Of a DNA stretch of 64,000 nucleotides, positions 9,522 to 19,807 are shown piece by piece. The notes beneath the pieces are model-generated. The model did no database searches. It saw nothing but the letters and a program-made list of their open reading frames with translations, and was not told the DNA's origin. The number at the start of each line of letters is the position of its first letter. The stretch's first letter is position 1. This stretch comes from an uncultured cyanobacterium. GTDB lineage: Bacteria; Cyanobacteriota; Cyanobacteriia; Phormidesmidales; Phormidesmidaceae. The stretch lies in assembly GCA_963793265.1 (NCBI GenBank), contig CAWBZI010000001.1, forward strand, positions 672,001-736,000, read 5' to 3'. The position numbers and the translations under genes are program-made.

Positions 9522-10472
9522 ATGAAAACATTATTTTTGCTCTTAACGGCCCTTGCGCTAGCCCTGCTGCTCATCGAAACTGTCCTAAGGGTTGGCTATG
9601 GCTTCGGCAATCCTCCGCTATATATCGGGGATGAAAAGATAGGCTATTTGCTTGCGCCCAATCAGAAGGTGCGGCGATTGAATAATCGAATTGAGATTAA
9701 CGAATATTCGATGAGAGCTGGGGCGATCGCACCTCTCCCCAAACCCAACACCCTCCGCGTTTTCCTACTAGGCGACTCCCTAGCCAACGGCAACTGGTGG
9801 ACAGATCAGCCCGATATTTTATCCGAAAGAATTGCCCACTACTTACGGCCTAAACTGCCTAAAGGCTATGAAACTGTAGAAGCTATCAACGCTTCTGCCA
9901 ATTCTTGGGGGCCACGTAATGAGCTGGCCTATCTCGAACGCTATGGAACATTCGGAGCCCAGGTGCTCGTACTGCTGCTGAATACCGATGATCTATTTGG
10001 CACGCAGCCTTCGCCTTTACAGGTAGGACGCGATCGCAGCTATCCCGATAAAAAGCCACCTTTTGCTGTTACTGAAGTGCTAAACCGATTCAAAAAACCT
10101 CAGCCAATTCCTGGGCTTGAAGAGATTCAGCAAGAGAAGGGTGATCGCGTTGGCAAAAACATTGAGGCGATTAATGGGATTCATCAGCAGGCGATCGCCG
10201 CCAACAGCCAGTTCATCCTCGTACTCTCACCGCTCAAACGCGAACTACCACAGCCTCGCGACTACGAAATTGTTGCCCGCCAGCGCCTTACTGACTGGGC
10301 CGAGAAAGTAAACGTACCGTACTTAGACTTCTTAGAGACTTATCAGAAGCACCATCCTGGCCCCGAACGTCTCTATCGCGATCATATTCATTTGAGCCCT
10401 GAGGGTAATGAGCTGGTGGGGGATGCGATCGCCCAAGCCATCCTCAGATTCTCACTACCCCAGTCTCCCTAA
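9522..10472 (+). CDS. SGNH/GDSL hydrolase family protein with N-terminal membrane anchor
   Basis: 'LLGDSLANG' block I and 'DHIHLSPEGN' block V. Confidence 0.85.
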   Translation: MKTLFLLLTALALALLLIETVLRVGYGFGNPPLYIGDEKIGYLLAPNQKVRRLNNRIEINEYSMRAGAIAPLPKPNTLRVFLLGDSLANGNWWTDQPDILSERIAHYLRPKLPKGYETVEAINASANSWGPRNELAYLERYGTFGAQVLVLLLNTDDLFGTQPSPLQVGRDRSYPDKKPPFAVTEVLNRFKKPQPIPGLEEIQQEKGDRVGKNIEAINGIHQQAIAANSQFILVLSPLKRELPQPRDYEIVARQRLTDWAEKVNVPYLDFLETYQKHHPGPERLYRDHIHLSPEGNELVGDAIAQAILRFSLPQSP

Positions 10473-10494
10473 CCTGCAAATCTCGCCAACTTCT

Positions 10495-11652
10495 TCACAC
10501 CACCACTGGCTCCAACGCCATCTTTAACTCATCTTGAGACTTCCAAGCCTGTCCATCCAAGGCCATCTGCTCAATCACACTTGCCAACCGCAGCGCCTTC
10601 AGCGCCTGCTCGCCCCCCACAGAAGGCTTATCACCCCCTCGCACACACTGTACAAAATGCTCTAATTCAGCATGAAGCGGCTCCGTATTACTCGTCGAAA
10701 CCTGCTCAATCAGCCCATCCTGGCGATACATCACCTGGCCATAGTCAGCCATACAGTTCTCTTTCGTCTGCCGGTGGATCTGAATCTTATTCGCCAAAAA
10801 ATCAGCCTCCGTCAAAGAATTACGACAGTGTGCCGAGATACTTCTAATTTTGCGATGTGTCACCTTACTCGCTGTCACCGTCGCCACAATGCCATTAGCA
10901 AAGCCCAGCGTAGAAGTCACATAGTCTAAATACGGCGAGTCCGTCCCTTTACTGCCATTCGCCGTCAGCTTCACCACAGGCGAATTTGCCAGCTCCAAAA
11001 TCAAATCAATGTCGTGGATCATCAAATCTAACACCACCGACACATCATTTGCCCGCTTAGAATAAGGGCTCATCCGCCGCGCCTCAATCGCCAGCACTTC
11101 CTCCGTTCTAAGCACGTTATGCAGCTCCTTAAAAGCTGGATTAAACCGCTCGATATGGCCCACCTGCAAAATGCAGCTATAGTCCGCCGCCGCATTCACC
11201 AGCGACTCAGCCTCAGCAATACTCGCCGCAATCGGCTTCTCAATCAGCACATGCACACCCGCCTTTAGGCAAGCCATTCCCACCGTATGATGCAGCCGAG
11301 TCGGCACCGCGACACACACCGCATCCACGTGCTGCAACAGGTTCTGATACTCTTCAAAATAATGAACCTGATACTTACTCGCCGTCTCGATACCGCGCTC
11401 AATATTGACATCCGAGACGCCCACTAGCTGCACATCTTTTAGCCGCGAGAGCACCCGCGCGTGGTGCTGGCCCATATTGCCGATTCCAATTACGCCCACT
11501 CTCACCGGCTCAGACCGATTGCGATTATAAGGACGAGGTTCAGACAGCGAGATAGCAGCCCCCACTAATGGAGTGGTATCAGCGTTAGCGAGCGGTAAAG
11601 AATTCGCGTCGGCTAACGGTAGCGGTTGGCTCTGCACAGTCTCACACCTCAA
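10495..11652 (-). CDS. Gfo/Idh/MocA family NAD(P)-dependent oxidoreductase (start uncertain)
   Basis: 'GVIGIGNMG', 'HVLIEKP', 'GHIERFNP', 'DLMIHDID'. Confidence 0.88.
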   Translation of the reverse strand: MRCETVQSQPLPLADANSLPLANADTTPLVGAAISLSEPRPYNRNRSEPVRVGVIGIGNMGQHHARVLSRLKDVQLVGVSDVNIERGIETASKYQVHYFEEYQNLLQHVDAVCVAVPTRLHHTVGMACLKAGVHVLIEKPIAASIAEAESLVNAAADYSCILQVGHIERFNPAFKELHNVLRTEEVLAIEARRMSPYSKRANDVSVVLDLMIHDIDLILELANSPVVKLTANGSKGTDSPYLDYVTSTLGFANGIVATVTASKVTHRKIRSISAHCRNSLTEADFLANKIQIHRQTKENCMADYGQVMYRQDGLIEQVSTSNTEPLHAELEHFVQCVRGGDKPSVGGEQALKALRLASVIEQMALDGQAWKSQDELKMALEPVVV

Positions 11653-11777
11653 GTTGCGGCAGTACGTAAACAGTACTACACATAATACTAATAAATATTA
11701 CAGCTCTAAAGCACGGCAGTTAGAATTGATCCCGTTGCCGGTTGTTGATCTGTCCTACGCTAAGGAACCCTTTGAGA

Positions 11778-13256
11778 TCATCTGCCATGTCTACGCGCGC
11801 CCTGAGCGGGTCTTTTTGCTGACGACGTAGACTTATCAGCCGATTTTCTGACTGCGACAGGCGCGGTGGTGTTCGTCAGCCTGAGTCTGAGTCCGGGTCG
11901 GTGAATCTGAATTTTGTCGAGCCGGGGGCCTTCAGCCTCAACGATTGTAAATTCTAAAGGGTGCTCTAGCTTTTGGTACGTTAGCTGCTCGTTCACCTGT
12001 GGAATCTTTTGCATCTCAAAAATGACAAATCCGCCCAGGCTGAGATATTCATCGCTAGTCGGCAAATGGATCGACAGGCGCTCGTTCACGTCTTCCAAGT
12101 CAGTTTGAGCCGGGAAAATAACGGTGTGACTATCTTTTTGAATCACCTGCATCTCAGGCGTAGGCGTATCGACATCGCCAATGATCTCAGCCGTCAAATC
12201 TCGCCAGGTAACCAAACCTGCGGTGCCGCCATATTCATCGACGACCATCACCATCTCTCTAGCTGACTGCTGCATTTGGGTCAGCAGCTCATTCAGCGGC
12301 AGCAGCTCTGGCACGACTCGCGCAGGCTGAAGCCATCTGGCAACTAGCGTATCGGGCAATAGCTCACCTTTTGAGAGCGGCACGGCCAAATCGTTGAAGT
12401 GAAGAATGCCGCGAATATCGTCTAGAGATTCGCCTGTAATCGGATAGCGCGAATGGCCAGATGTCACCATTTCATTAAGAAAATCCTGAAAAGTGGCCGT
12501 GTCAGGCAGTGCGGCGATGCTCGTACGCGGCACCATAATTTCTTCGACCGTCGCCACTCGGAACTCAAAGACGTTGCTTAAAATCTCACGCTCCTCTTGC
12601 TGAAGCTCTGGAATTTCTGTGGCTGTTGTAATCAGTAGCCGCAGCTCGTCGGGCGTTACTCGGCCATGGTGACCGGGGCCATGATTTTTGATGCCTGCTA
12701 ACGAGAGCAGTAGTCGGGTAGAGCGATTCAATAGCCAGACAAAAGGGTTTAGCAGTCGGGCAATCGTGAGGCTGGGTGGGCCGAGAAACCGAGCAATTTT
12801 CTCAGGATAGATAAGAGCGACTGACTTAGGGCACAGCTCGCCTAGTACTATCTGTAAATAGGCCAACAGTAAGAAGGCGATCGGAACGGCGGCTGAGTGA
12901 GAGAGAAACTGGGTAGCGTTTGGCGCAAGCGGAAGCCAAAGGGCAAAGCGAGTGAGCTGGTGCTTGATCAATGCCGCCATGGTGTGCTCGCCAATCCAGC
13001 CCAACGCTAGGCTAGAGAGCGTGATGCCTAGCTGGGTTGTAGAGAGCAGACTGTTGAGCTGTCGCTGTAGTTTTTGGACGGTTTGAGCTTGGGTGTCGCC
13101 TGCGAGGACAAGCTGATTTATGCGCGATCGCCGCACCGAAACAATCGAAAACTCCACCGTCACGAAAAAAGCATTCAGCCCGATTAAAGTCACTACCGAT
13201 AGCAACCGAATCATCACTTGTGTATCAGTCAGCGACATCTGGGCGATTATCCGCAA
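11778..13256 (-). CDS. HlyC/CorC (CNNM-CBS) family transporter-associated protein
   Basis: 'NAFFVTVEFS', 'QLGITLSSLALGWIGE', 'GELCPK', CBS pair, 'VDEYGGTAGL'. Confidence 0.9.
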   Translation of the reverse strand: MRIIAQMSLTDTQVMIRLLSVVTLIGLNAFFVTVEFSIVSVRRSRINQLVLAGDTQAQTVQKLQRQLNSLLSTTQLGITLSSLALGWIGEHTMAALIKHQLTRFALWLPLAPNATQFLSHSAAVPIAFLLLAYLQIVLGELCPKSVALIYPEKIARFLGPPSLTIARLLNPFVWLLNRSTRLLLSLAGIKNHGPGHHGRVTPDELRLLITTATEIPELQQEEREILSNVFEFRVATVEEIMVPRTSIAALPDTATFQDFLNEMVTSGHSRYPITGESLDDIRGILHFNDLAVPLSKGELLPDTLVARWLQPARVVPELLPLNELLTQMQQSAREMVMVVDEYGGTAGLVTWRDLTAEIIGDVDTPTPEMQVIQKDSHTVIFPAQTDLEDVNERLSIHLPTSDEYLSLGGFVIFEMQKIPQVNEQLTYQKLEHPLEFTIVEAEGPRLDKIQIHRPGLRLRLTNTTAPVAVRKSADKSTSSAKRPAQGARRHGR

Positions 13257-13272
13257 AAACTATTGACTTCAC

Positions 13273-13521
13273 TTAGTTACCGCTATCGATTCGCGCGTTC
13301 ACTTCATCAATAATTTTATCTTCATCCAAAAGCACAAGCTGACCGTGCTTCTCTCCAGCACGATTAGCTGTAGCGGCATTAGAAGGCCGCGTTTCGGGCT
13401 GGCGCACACCCGTTAGAGCCTGCCTTCCTAGCGCATAGCCCCAGGAAGAACTTACGATACCAGCGCCAAACATTAGCGTCAGTAAAATCAGCGTAAAGGC
13501 AACAGCCGGATTAATTCTCAC
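13273..13521 (-). CDS. Small conserved cyanobacterial membrane protein
   Basis: 82 aa, one TM helix followed by 'WGYALGRQALTGVRQP'. Confidence 0.65.
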   Translation of the reverse strand: MRINPAVAFTLILLTLMFGAGIVSSSWGYALGRQALTGVRQPETRPSNAATANRAGEKHGQLVLLDEDKIIDEVNARIDSGN

Positions 13522-13708
13522 AGATTTGTTCTCGCAGGTATTTTAGACAAGTAATGTTAGAAGTATGGTTTTGGACAGGTGATTTTGGGAGTCTACCCGA
13601 TCTCGCTCCCATTTAGTAGCACTGAACCTAAACTTGAATTTCTTTTCTATCTTTTTAGGTGGTTCCCGGTAGATACAAAGGCAGGCAAGATAGTATATTA
13701 GCAACTGA

Positions 13709-13781
13709 CCAGGGTTGGCCGAGCGGATTAGGCAGCGAACTCATAATTCGCCCCAGGCAGGTTCAACTCCTGCACCCTGGA
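13709..13781 (+). tRNA. tRNA with CAT anticodon, most likely tRNA-Ile2 (lysidine); CCA not encoded
   Basis: Cloverleaf: acceptor CCAGGGT/ACCCTGG, anticodon arm GCGAA-CTCATAA-TTCGC, T arm GCAGG-TTCAACT-CCTGC, discriminator A. The AACTCATAATT arm resembles plastid trnI-CAU, and the initiator GGG/CCC pairs are absent. Confidence 0.93.
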
Positions 13782-13844
13782 TTTATATATCTGTGTAAAC
13801 TGTGTAAAACGCGGATCTTCGCCTGAAGCGAGAAAGGCAGAAAC

Positions 13845-13883
13845 AAAAAAGGGATGCGCAATTAGTTTTGCACATCCCTTTTT
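13845..13883. terminator. Bidirectional intrinsic terminator
   Basis: AAAAAAGGGATGCGCAA...TTGCACATCCCTTTTT between the tRNA and a convergent CDS. Confidence 0.75.
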
Positions 13884-13922
13884 CTACGAAGAGCGGATTA
13901 ACGCCTTTCCTATTAGCGCTAT

Positions 13923-14390
13923 TTACCGGCGCGGTAGGGGCTCGAAGTTAAGCTCACTGCCAATCACTCGACTGTTGGTTTGAGAGGTCGGCAGCAGTTG
14001 TACTGACGATGTGTAAGGATTCGGCAGGTCAGGAATGCGAACGGTTGCGGTGTTTTGGGTTTGTAGCAGCATTAGCTCTTGGTAAGCCTCAGAGAGTGCC
14101 GCCGAGTCACGGTTGATGCGCTGATCGGCAAAGCCGCCTAAGCCTAAGATGAAATTACCCTGACTAAAGATGGAACGATTTTTGTAGTAGTCACCAGAGC
14201 GACGCTCGCTGATGTCTTCAACCGCTTCTAAAACTGTTTCTTGAGCGCTAGCGGCAGGTGCTAAAAGGGCTGTAGTTGCGATCGCACCCATAATCCCTAT
14301 GCCAAAGCTAACCGCGATCGCTCGACCAGACAAACCTAGAACCTTTCGTCCAAAATTAGCAGGCACTGCGCCCTGAAATTCAATAGCCAT
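13923..14390 (-). CDS. Hypothetical exported protein
   Basis: Signal-peptide-like 'ALLAPAASA'; C-terminal 'RIPDLPNPYTSS' motif that I recall from cyanobacterial hypotheticals. Confidence 0.65.
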   Translation of the reverse strand: MAIEFQGAVPANFGRKVLGLSGRAIAVSFGIGIMGAIATTALLAPAASAQETVLEAVEDISERRSGDYYKNRSIFSQGNFILGLGGFADQRINRDSAALSEAYQELMLLQTQNTATVRIPDLPNPYTSSVQLLPTSQTNSRVIGSELNFEPLPRR

Positions 14391-14514
14391 GATTATTACT
14401 TTCCCTCAAGAGTGGCTGCAAACATTTCTATAGAGGGTACCCGCTTAACCCAGCAAATTCTTAGATTCCCTATACACTAATCAAGCTTTCCAAACTTAAG
14501 ATCGCCCATACGCT

Positions 14515-15123
14515 ATGACTATTTCTGCTGCCGATCTCCCATCTACCAATCTCAGCGACCTGCGCTCAGCGCTACTAGAACTTATCTGCCAGGTAGCTTA
14601 CAAAGAAGGCGACTTCACGCTTTCTTCCGGTAAAAAAAGCACCTACTACATCAACGGGAAGCAAGTCACTTTGCACGCCCAAGGCGCTTTGATGGTCGCT
14701 CGCATTTTATTAGATATGCTGCCAGCAGATACCGTTGGCGTTGGCGGACTCACATTGGGAGCCGATCCGATGGTGAGCGCAGTCGGGATTGTGGGCGCTT
14801 ACGAAAACAAGCCCGTGACGCCGCTGATTATTCGCAAAGAAGCTAAAGGACACGGCACTCGCGCCTATATAGAGGGGCCAGAGCTACCGGCAGGCAGCCC
14901 TGTCACGATTTTGGAAGACGTAGTAACGACAGGCGCTTCAGCCTTGAAGGCCGTAGAACGATTGCGAGATGCAGGCTATAAGGTGAATGACATTTTAGCT
15001 CTAGTTGATCGGCAGCAGGGCGGACGCGAGCTGTACGAAAAGGAGGGGCTGAACTTTCGGCCTATCTTTACGATTGAGGATTTGCAGGCTTATGTGCGAT
15101 CGCAAAAAACTACCGCCGCGTAG
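14515..15123 (+). CDS. pyrE: Orotate phosphoribosyltransferase
   Basis: 'FTLSSGKKSTYY', 'RKEAKGHG', PRPP motif 'ILEDVVTTGAS'. Confidence 0.95.
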   Translation: MTISAADLPSTNLSDLRSALLELICQVAYKEGDFTLSSGKKSTYYINGKQVTLHAQGALMVARILLDMLPADTVGVGGLTLGADPMVSAVGIVGAYENKPVTPLIIRKEAKGHGTRAYIEGPELPAGSPVTILEDVVTTGASALKAVERLRDAGYKVNDILALVDRQQGGRELYEKEGLNFRPIFTIEDLQAYVRSQKTTAA

Positions 15124-15209
15124 CCGAAAAACCACCCTCTCAAATGAGCTACAGAAGCGCGAAGATTGCTATTCTGCGCCTCTGTAGTCGCTAAATTCAC
15201 GACTGACTC

Positions 15210-15971
15210 TTACCGAACGGCAGTCTTCTCAACCGACACAGCCTGCATCGCCTCAACTAAGCTACGAACTACAGCCACCATCGCCAGCGGATCGTTCAGC
15301 TTGTTTACAGCCGAACCCACGCCTACACCAGCCGCACCGGCTGCCAAAGCCATCGGTGCAGTCACATCAGAAATCCCCGAGGCGCACAGCACAGGTACAG
15401 ACACCGCGCGCGAAATCGCATGAGCAGCAGCCAAAGTTGGCCCGGCCTTCTCAATCAGGCCCAAAACGCCGCCATGAGTAGGTGCACTGCTTGTACCGCC
15501 CTCAGTTTGGATGATATCGGCCCCTGCTAAAACTAACGCCTCTGCCAGTTGAACCTGAGCATCTAGCGTCAAAATATGAGGCACCGTCACCGACAGCGTG
15601 ACGTTAGGTAGCAGCGCTCTTGTCTGCTGCGTCAAAGCCAATACTTCAGGGCCTTCAAACCGTCTGCCTTGCGCATAGAAGGCATCAAAGTTACCAATCT
15701 CAATCAAATCAGCGCCCGCTTCTACTGCTGAGACAAACTGATCGGGTTCGACTGCCGAGACACAGACGGGAAGATCTATCAGACTTTTTACAAGGCGAAC
15801 AAGCTCTGGATCAGCCGCAATATCCACAAAGGTTGCGCCGCCCTGCTGAGCCGCTTTGACAACATCAGCAACGTTTTTGCGATCCAAGTTAGTAAGGCCG
15901 CTAATAATCTTCAGCGCCGCAGAATTGTCGAGTGCGCGTTGCAAAGCAGCCGTCTGGTTAGAAATAGTCAT
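15210..15971 (-). CDS. ycf23: Ycf23 / DUF561 family protein
   Basis: 'LKIISGL', 'GATFVDIAAD', 'IEIGNFDAFY', 'IIQTEGG'. Confidence 0.88.
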   Translation of the reverse strand: MTISNQTAALQRALDNSAALKIISGLTNLDRKNVADVVKAAQQGGATFVDIAADPELVRLVKSLIDLPVCVSAVEPDQFVSAVEAGADLIEIGNFDAFYAQGRRFEGPEVLALTQQTRALLPNVTLSVTVPHILTLDAQVQLAEALVLAGADIIQTEGGTSSAPTHGGVLGLIEKAGPTLAAAHAISRAVSVPVLCASGISDVTAPMALAAGAAGVGVGSAVNKLNDPLAMVAVVRSLVEAMQAVSVEKTAVR

Positions 15972-16245
15972 TGATGAGTTCTGTTGAGAATTTGTATGCA
16001 AGTTAAGCGTTTATTTTGACAGAGATTTGCCTAGCCGCTTCGAGATCGAAACGTCACTTAAAAGTGCTTACCAAAAGAGATAGCCACAGGGCAGCTAAAA
16101 GGCAATCTTTGTGCTTGTCACTGCTTCTGGCGCGTAGTATCATCAAAGACTGCGAAGCAAACGCAATCGTAGGGCTTCTTTTGACTTGAGACTAATTCTT
16201 TCAGAGTCTAAGAGCTTATCTGAACTTCAAATCTCTACAATTTTT

Positions 16246-16443
16246 ATGCCTAAGCTAAAAACCCGCCGCGCCGCCGCTAAGCGGTTCCGCCGCAGTGGAA
16301 GTGGCAAAATTATGCGCCGCAAAGCGTACAAAAACCATCTTCTAGAGCGCAAAGATCAAGACCGTAAGCGCAAGCTTTCTAAAATGACTACGGTGCATGA
16401 AACCGATGCTAAAAGGGTTGAACTGATGATGCCTTATCTGTAA
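16246..16443 (+). CDS. rpmI: 50S ribosomal protein L35
   Basis: [14 protein letters not shown]...HLL; directly upstream of rplT. Confidence 0.97.
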   Translation: MPKLKTRRAAAKRFRRSGSGKIMRRKAYKNHLLERKDQDRKRKLSKMTTVHETDAKRVELMMPYL

Positions 16444-16513
16444 GCTTCACGGCTAGCAAGTATAAGCATCCGAACTTCAACGAAAGATTCAAAACGAAAG
16501 GAAAAACTAGACC

Positions 16514-16867
16514 ATGGCACGTGTTAAGCGCGGTAATGTAGCTCGCAAACGCCGCAAGAAAGTTCTTAAACTGGCTAAAGGCTTCCGGGGTTCGCACTCT
16601 AAGCTATTTCGCACCGCTAATCAGCAAGTAATGAAGGCATTGCGCAATGCCTACCGCGACAGACGCCGCCGCAAGCGCGACTTCCGCCGGTTATGGATTG
16701 CCAGAATCAATGCCGCCGCTCGCCTCAATGGCACAACGTACAGCCGTTTGATTGGTGATCTGAAAACGGCCAATATCGAAATTAACCGTAAGATGCTTGC
16801 GCAGCTAGCGGTGTTGAATCCTGAGAGCTTTACTAAAGTGGTCGAGAAGGCTAGTAATAGTAAGTAG
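16514..16867 (+). CDS. rplT: 50S ribosomal protein L20
   Basis: [16 protein letters not shown]...[13 protein letters not shown]. Confidence 0.98.
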   Translation: MARVKRGNVARKRRKKVLKLAKGFRGSHSKLFRTANQQVMKALRNAYRDRRRRKRDFRRLWIARINAAARLNGTTYSRLIGDLKTANIEINRKMLAQLAVLNPESFTKVVEKASNSK

Positions 16868-16910
16868 ACAAGCACGGTTTTTAGTTGTGCGCAATCTGTT
16901 GACATCAGAG

Positions 16911-17969
16911 ATGAAGCCGCTAAGGCTAACGCTGAAGAAACTAGGATTGAGATTGGGGGTGCAGCTATTGCTGTTGCCCCCATTTTTCGTGACCGGGTTT
17001 ATAGCTAGGTTTTCGCATAACGAAGCGATCGCTGCCGACCTCTCAGAAATTCGCGATCGCGGCTACATCACCATCGCCGTCAAAAACAACCGCGCCCCGC
17101 TTGCCTTCCTCACCGCAAGCGGCGAGCTTAGCGGCTACGAAATAGACATTGCCCGGCGTTTAGCAGATGAACTCTTAGGCGACAGCTCAGCGGTTCGACT
17201 GGTGCCCGTACGCAATACAGATAGGCTGAGTGCGGTGCTAGATGAGCGGGTGGATATTGCGATCGCAGCTATTACCATCACCGAAGCCCGCCGCCGCCTA
17301 ATCAACTTCAGCGATCCCTACTATCTTGACGGCACCGCCTTCATCACTAACCAGCCGAACATCCAATCTCTCCAAAACCTTCGCCTTGCAAAAGTCGCCC
17401 TGATCGACCGCTCGAGCGCCGTCCCTAGCGTTCGCTATATCTTGCCCGGCGCTCAGCTCATCGGCGTAACCTCCTACGCCGAAGGGCAGCGCTTACTTAC
17501 CGCTGGTAGCGTGGATGCCTTTGCTGGAGATGCCTCGGTGCTCACCAGTTGGCTATCTAATAGCAGCGCCGACTACCGCCTTCTAGAGAGCATCATCACC
17601 GCCGATCCGCTATCAGTCGCAATCCCTAAAGGCACACAATACACATCGTTAAAAGAAGCCATTAACCGGGCACTCCGACGCTGGTATACAGAAGGCTGGC
17701 TACAAGAAAGAGCCGCTTATTGGGGTCTGCCCGCCGAATCATCGCAGTTTGTGAACATCGGGCCTGCCCCACCAGCAGAGCCTCCCGACAGCGAACCGAT
17801 TGATATCGACATAGAAATAGAACCGTCTGCAGAAGAACCTTTTGGCATCGATGTCGATATTGACTTAGACCCCGAACAAGAAGAAGTAGACCTCGATTTA
17901 AACCCTGAAGAATCTGACAGCAGGCCAGAGAATGAGCTACCCAACATTGGCCCAGTCGATAACGAATAG
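16911..17969 (+). CDS. Polar amino-acid ABC transporter substrate-binding protein with acidic C-terminal tail
   Basis: SBP family 3 motifs 'GYEIDIA', 'ITITEARRRLINFSDPYY'. Confidence 0.85.
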   Translation: MKPLRLTLKKLGLRLGVQLLLLPPFFVTGFIARFSHNEAIAADLSEIRDRGYITIAVKNNRAPLAFLTASGELSGYEIDIARRLADELLGDSSAVRLVPVRNTDRLSAVLDERVDIAIAAITITEARRRLINFSDPYYLDGTAFITNQPNIQSLQNLRLAKVALIDRSSAVPSVRYILPGAQLIGVTSYAEGQRLLTAGSVDAFAGDASVLTSWLSNSSADYRLLESIITADPLSVAIPKGTQYTSLKEAINRALRRWYTEGWLQERAAYWGLPAESSQFVNIGPAPPAEPPDSEPIDIDIEIEPSAEEPFGIDVDIDLDPEQEEVDLDLNPEESDSRPENELPNIGPVDNE

Positions 17970-18094
17970 CTAACAAAATAAGCAGCTCAGAAAATAGATA
18001 ATAGATGCTGCGTTTTGTGAGCGCGCCCTCAAGGATTGGTCTGTTGATATAAAATAAGGCCAGCGTAGAGAAATCAAAGACACCACCGCCGACC

Positions 18095-18622
18095 ATGGAA
18101 AATGGCAACTATTTAATCGTTTACTTAGGAATCTTGCTAGGGCTTTTGAGCATAGCGACCTTTTTTGTTGTGAAGCAGGTGTGGGTCACCCGCCGAGTAG
18201 AGCTGACCCTATCCGACTTACAGACAAAGCTCACTAACGGTAAAGGCGACGCCGTAGAGTATTACGAGCTAGGCAGCATTTTGCTAGATAAAAAGCTATA
18301 CGCACAGGCCGCTGTTTATCTTAAAAAAGCGCTCAAAGAACTCTCGAAAGAAGGAACCAGTGAAAACGAAGTGCTAGTGCACAATGCACTGGGATATGCC
18401 TACTTTGCGCAGGATCAGTTTGACTCAGCCATTCGTCAATATAACGAAGCGCTTAAAATTAGCCCTGGCTATGTCACAGCGCTCAATAACCTGGCTCATG
18501 CCTACGAACGCAAACAGCTCATGCCGCAGGCTTTAGAAACCTATGAAAAGTCTCTGACGGCTGAGCCCAAAAACGAAACGGCCCAGCGCCGAGCAGCCTC
18601 TTTGCGCAAGCGTTTAGCTTGA
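18095..18622 (+). CDS. TPR protein, Ycf37/Pyg7-like PSI assembly factor
   Basis: N-terminal TM plus three TPRs ('YELGSILLDKKLY', 'NALGYAYF', 'YVTALNNLAHAYE'). Confidence 0.8.
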   Translation: MENGNYLIVYLGILLGLLSIATFFVVKQVWVTRRVELTLSDLQTKLTNGKGDAVEYYELGSILLDKKLYAQAAVYLKKALKELSKEGTSENEVLVHNALGYAYFAQDQFDSAIRQYNEALKISPGYVTALNNLAHAYERKQLMPQALETYEKSLTAEPKNETAQRRAASLRKRLA

Positions 18623-18642
18623 AATTAGACAGCCTTTAAAGG

Positions 18643-19353
18643 TTGGATGAAATGGCTGGTTTAGGAGCTGACCCCGTTGAGAGAGCCACCGTTGATGCCT
18701 TATCTGAGGTAAGAGCAAGCTGGGTGGCGCTCTTAGAAAAGCATCGGGCGATCGCGATCATTAGAGCCACCTCCGTACAAACGGGCCTCGCGATGGCAAA
18801 GGCCGCTGCCTCAGGTGGTTTTTGCCTAATTGAGGTGGCTTGGAATCAAAACGCGCAGCCCGCTGTGATGATAAAAGCTATTCGGCAAGCGCTGCCCCAG
18901 TGCATAGTGGGCGTTGGGACGGTGCTGAGCGTGGATGACTTGAGAGCGGCGATTGCGGCTAAAGCCCAGTTCTGTTTCACCCCGCATACCGATCGCAAAC
19001 TCATTTCACTTGCTCAAAAGCACCACATACCGCTCATTCCGGGCGCGATGACACCCACAGAAATTGTCACCGCCTGGCGAGCAGGTGCCACTAGCGTCAA
19101 AGTATTTCCAATTGCAACCATCGGTAATGGCGCTTACATTCGCAGCATTCTACAGCCGCTCGGGCCGATTCCTTTGGTGCCTACAGGCGGAGTCACCAGT
19201 GAGAGTGCTGCTGAACTTATTGAGGCGGGCGCAGTTGCAGTAGGTCTTTCGAGCGCACTGTTTCCCAAGCACGAAGTCGAAAACGGTGACTGGGTAGCCA
19301 TTGAGGCCAGATCGCGCTATCTGCTGACGCTGCTTTCGTCTATTCGTCATTAG
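18643..19353 (+). CDS. eda: KHG/KDPG aldolase (start uncertain)
   Basis: 'IAIIR', 'VGVGTV', 'PGAMTPTEI', Schiff-base Lys in 'VKVFP', 'VPTGGV'. Confidence 0.85.
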   Translation: MDEMAGLGADPVERATVDALSEVRASWVALLEKHRAIAIIRATSVQTGLAMAKAAASGGFCLIEVAWNQNAQPAVMIKAIRQALPQCIVGVGTVLSVDDLRAAIAAKAQFCFTPHTDRKLISLAQKHHIPLIPGAMTPTEIVTAWRAGATSVKVFPIATIGNGAYIRSILQPLGPIPLVPTGGVTSESAAELIEAGAVAVGLSSALFPKHEVENGDWVAIEARSRYLLTLLSSIRH

Positions 19354-19363
19354 CTGCCCTTAA

Positions 19364-19807
19364 CTAACTACCTAGCTTGAAGGCTTCGACAAATAAACCA
19401 TAGATTAGGCCGAGCTTGAAAGCATTAAGTGATTCGGCGAGGGTGGAGCGCGATCGCACAGGCCCAACATCAAGCCCCGTAGGGATCACCGAACTAGGAT
19501 CTAGCAAACTAGGTGGCGTGGCGTTGGGTGCAACAAGCTGCTCATTGATATTTGCGGCCTGCTGTCTTCTAGGCGTAAATCGATAGTAAAGCCAGCTAAT
19601 AGACTCCACAAGCAGCAGTAGAAAAGCCGCGATGGTGACATCGAGCTTTGCCGCCTGCCCCGCCGTCGCTGAAATTGCTGTCGCAAAGAAATTGCCTAGC
19701 AGCAGACTGATCAAAATCACTGATAGCCGCCGCCATGGATTGAATACCCACTGTCTGAAGCGCAGCGTAATTTGGTTGAAAATTGTATTGAGTCGAGTTC
19801 TTTGCAT
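19364..19807 (-). CDS. ycf20: Ycf20 / DUF565 family protein
   Basis: MQRTRL...NPWRRLS...KLGLIYGLFVEAFKLGS. Confidence 0.9.
   Translation of the reverse strand: MQRTRLNTIFNQITLRFRQWVFNPWRRLSVILISLLLGNFFATAISATAGQAAKLDVTIAAFLLLLVESISWLYYRFTPRRQQAANINEQLVAPNATPPSLLDPSSVIPTGLDVGPVRSRSTLAESLNAFKLGLIYGLFVEAFKLGS

Noticed and set aside
13791..13810. TGTGTAAAC TGTGTAAAAC repeat after the tRNA as an att site or island boundary
   Set aside because: No integrase and no duplicated tRNA 3' end in the window; the flanking genes are core genes
16100..16245. Possible L20 autoregulatory leader upstream of rpmI
   Set aside because: I could not identify a convincing structure by eye; it would need an Rfam scan
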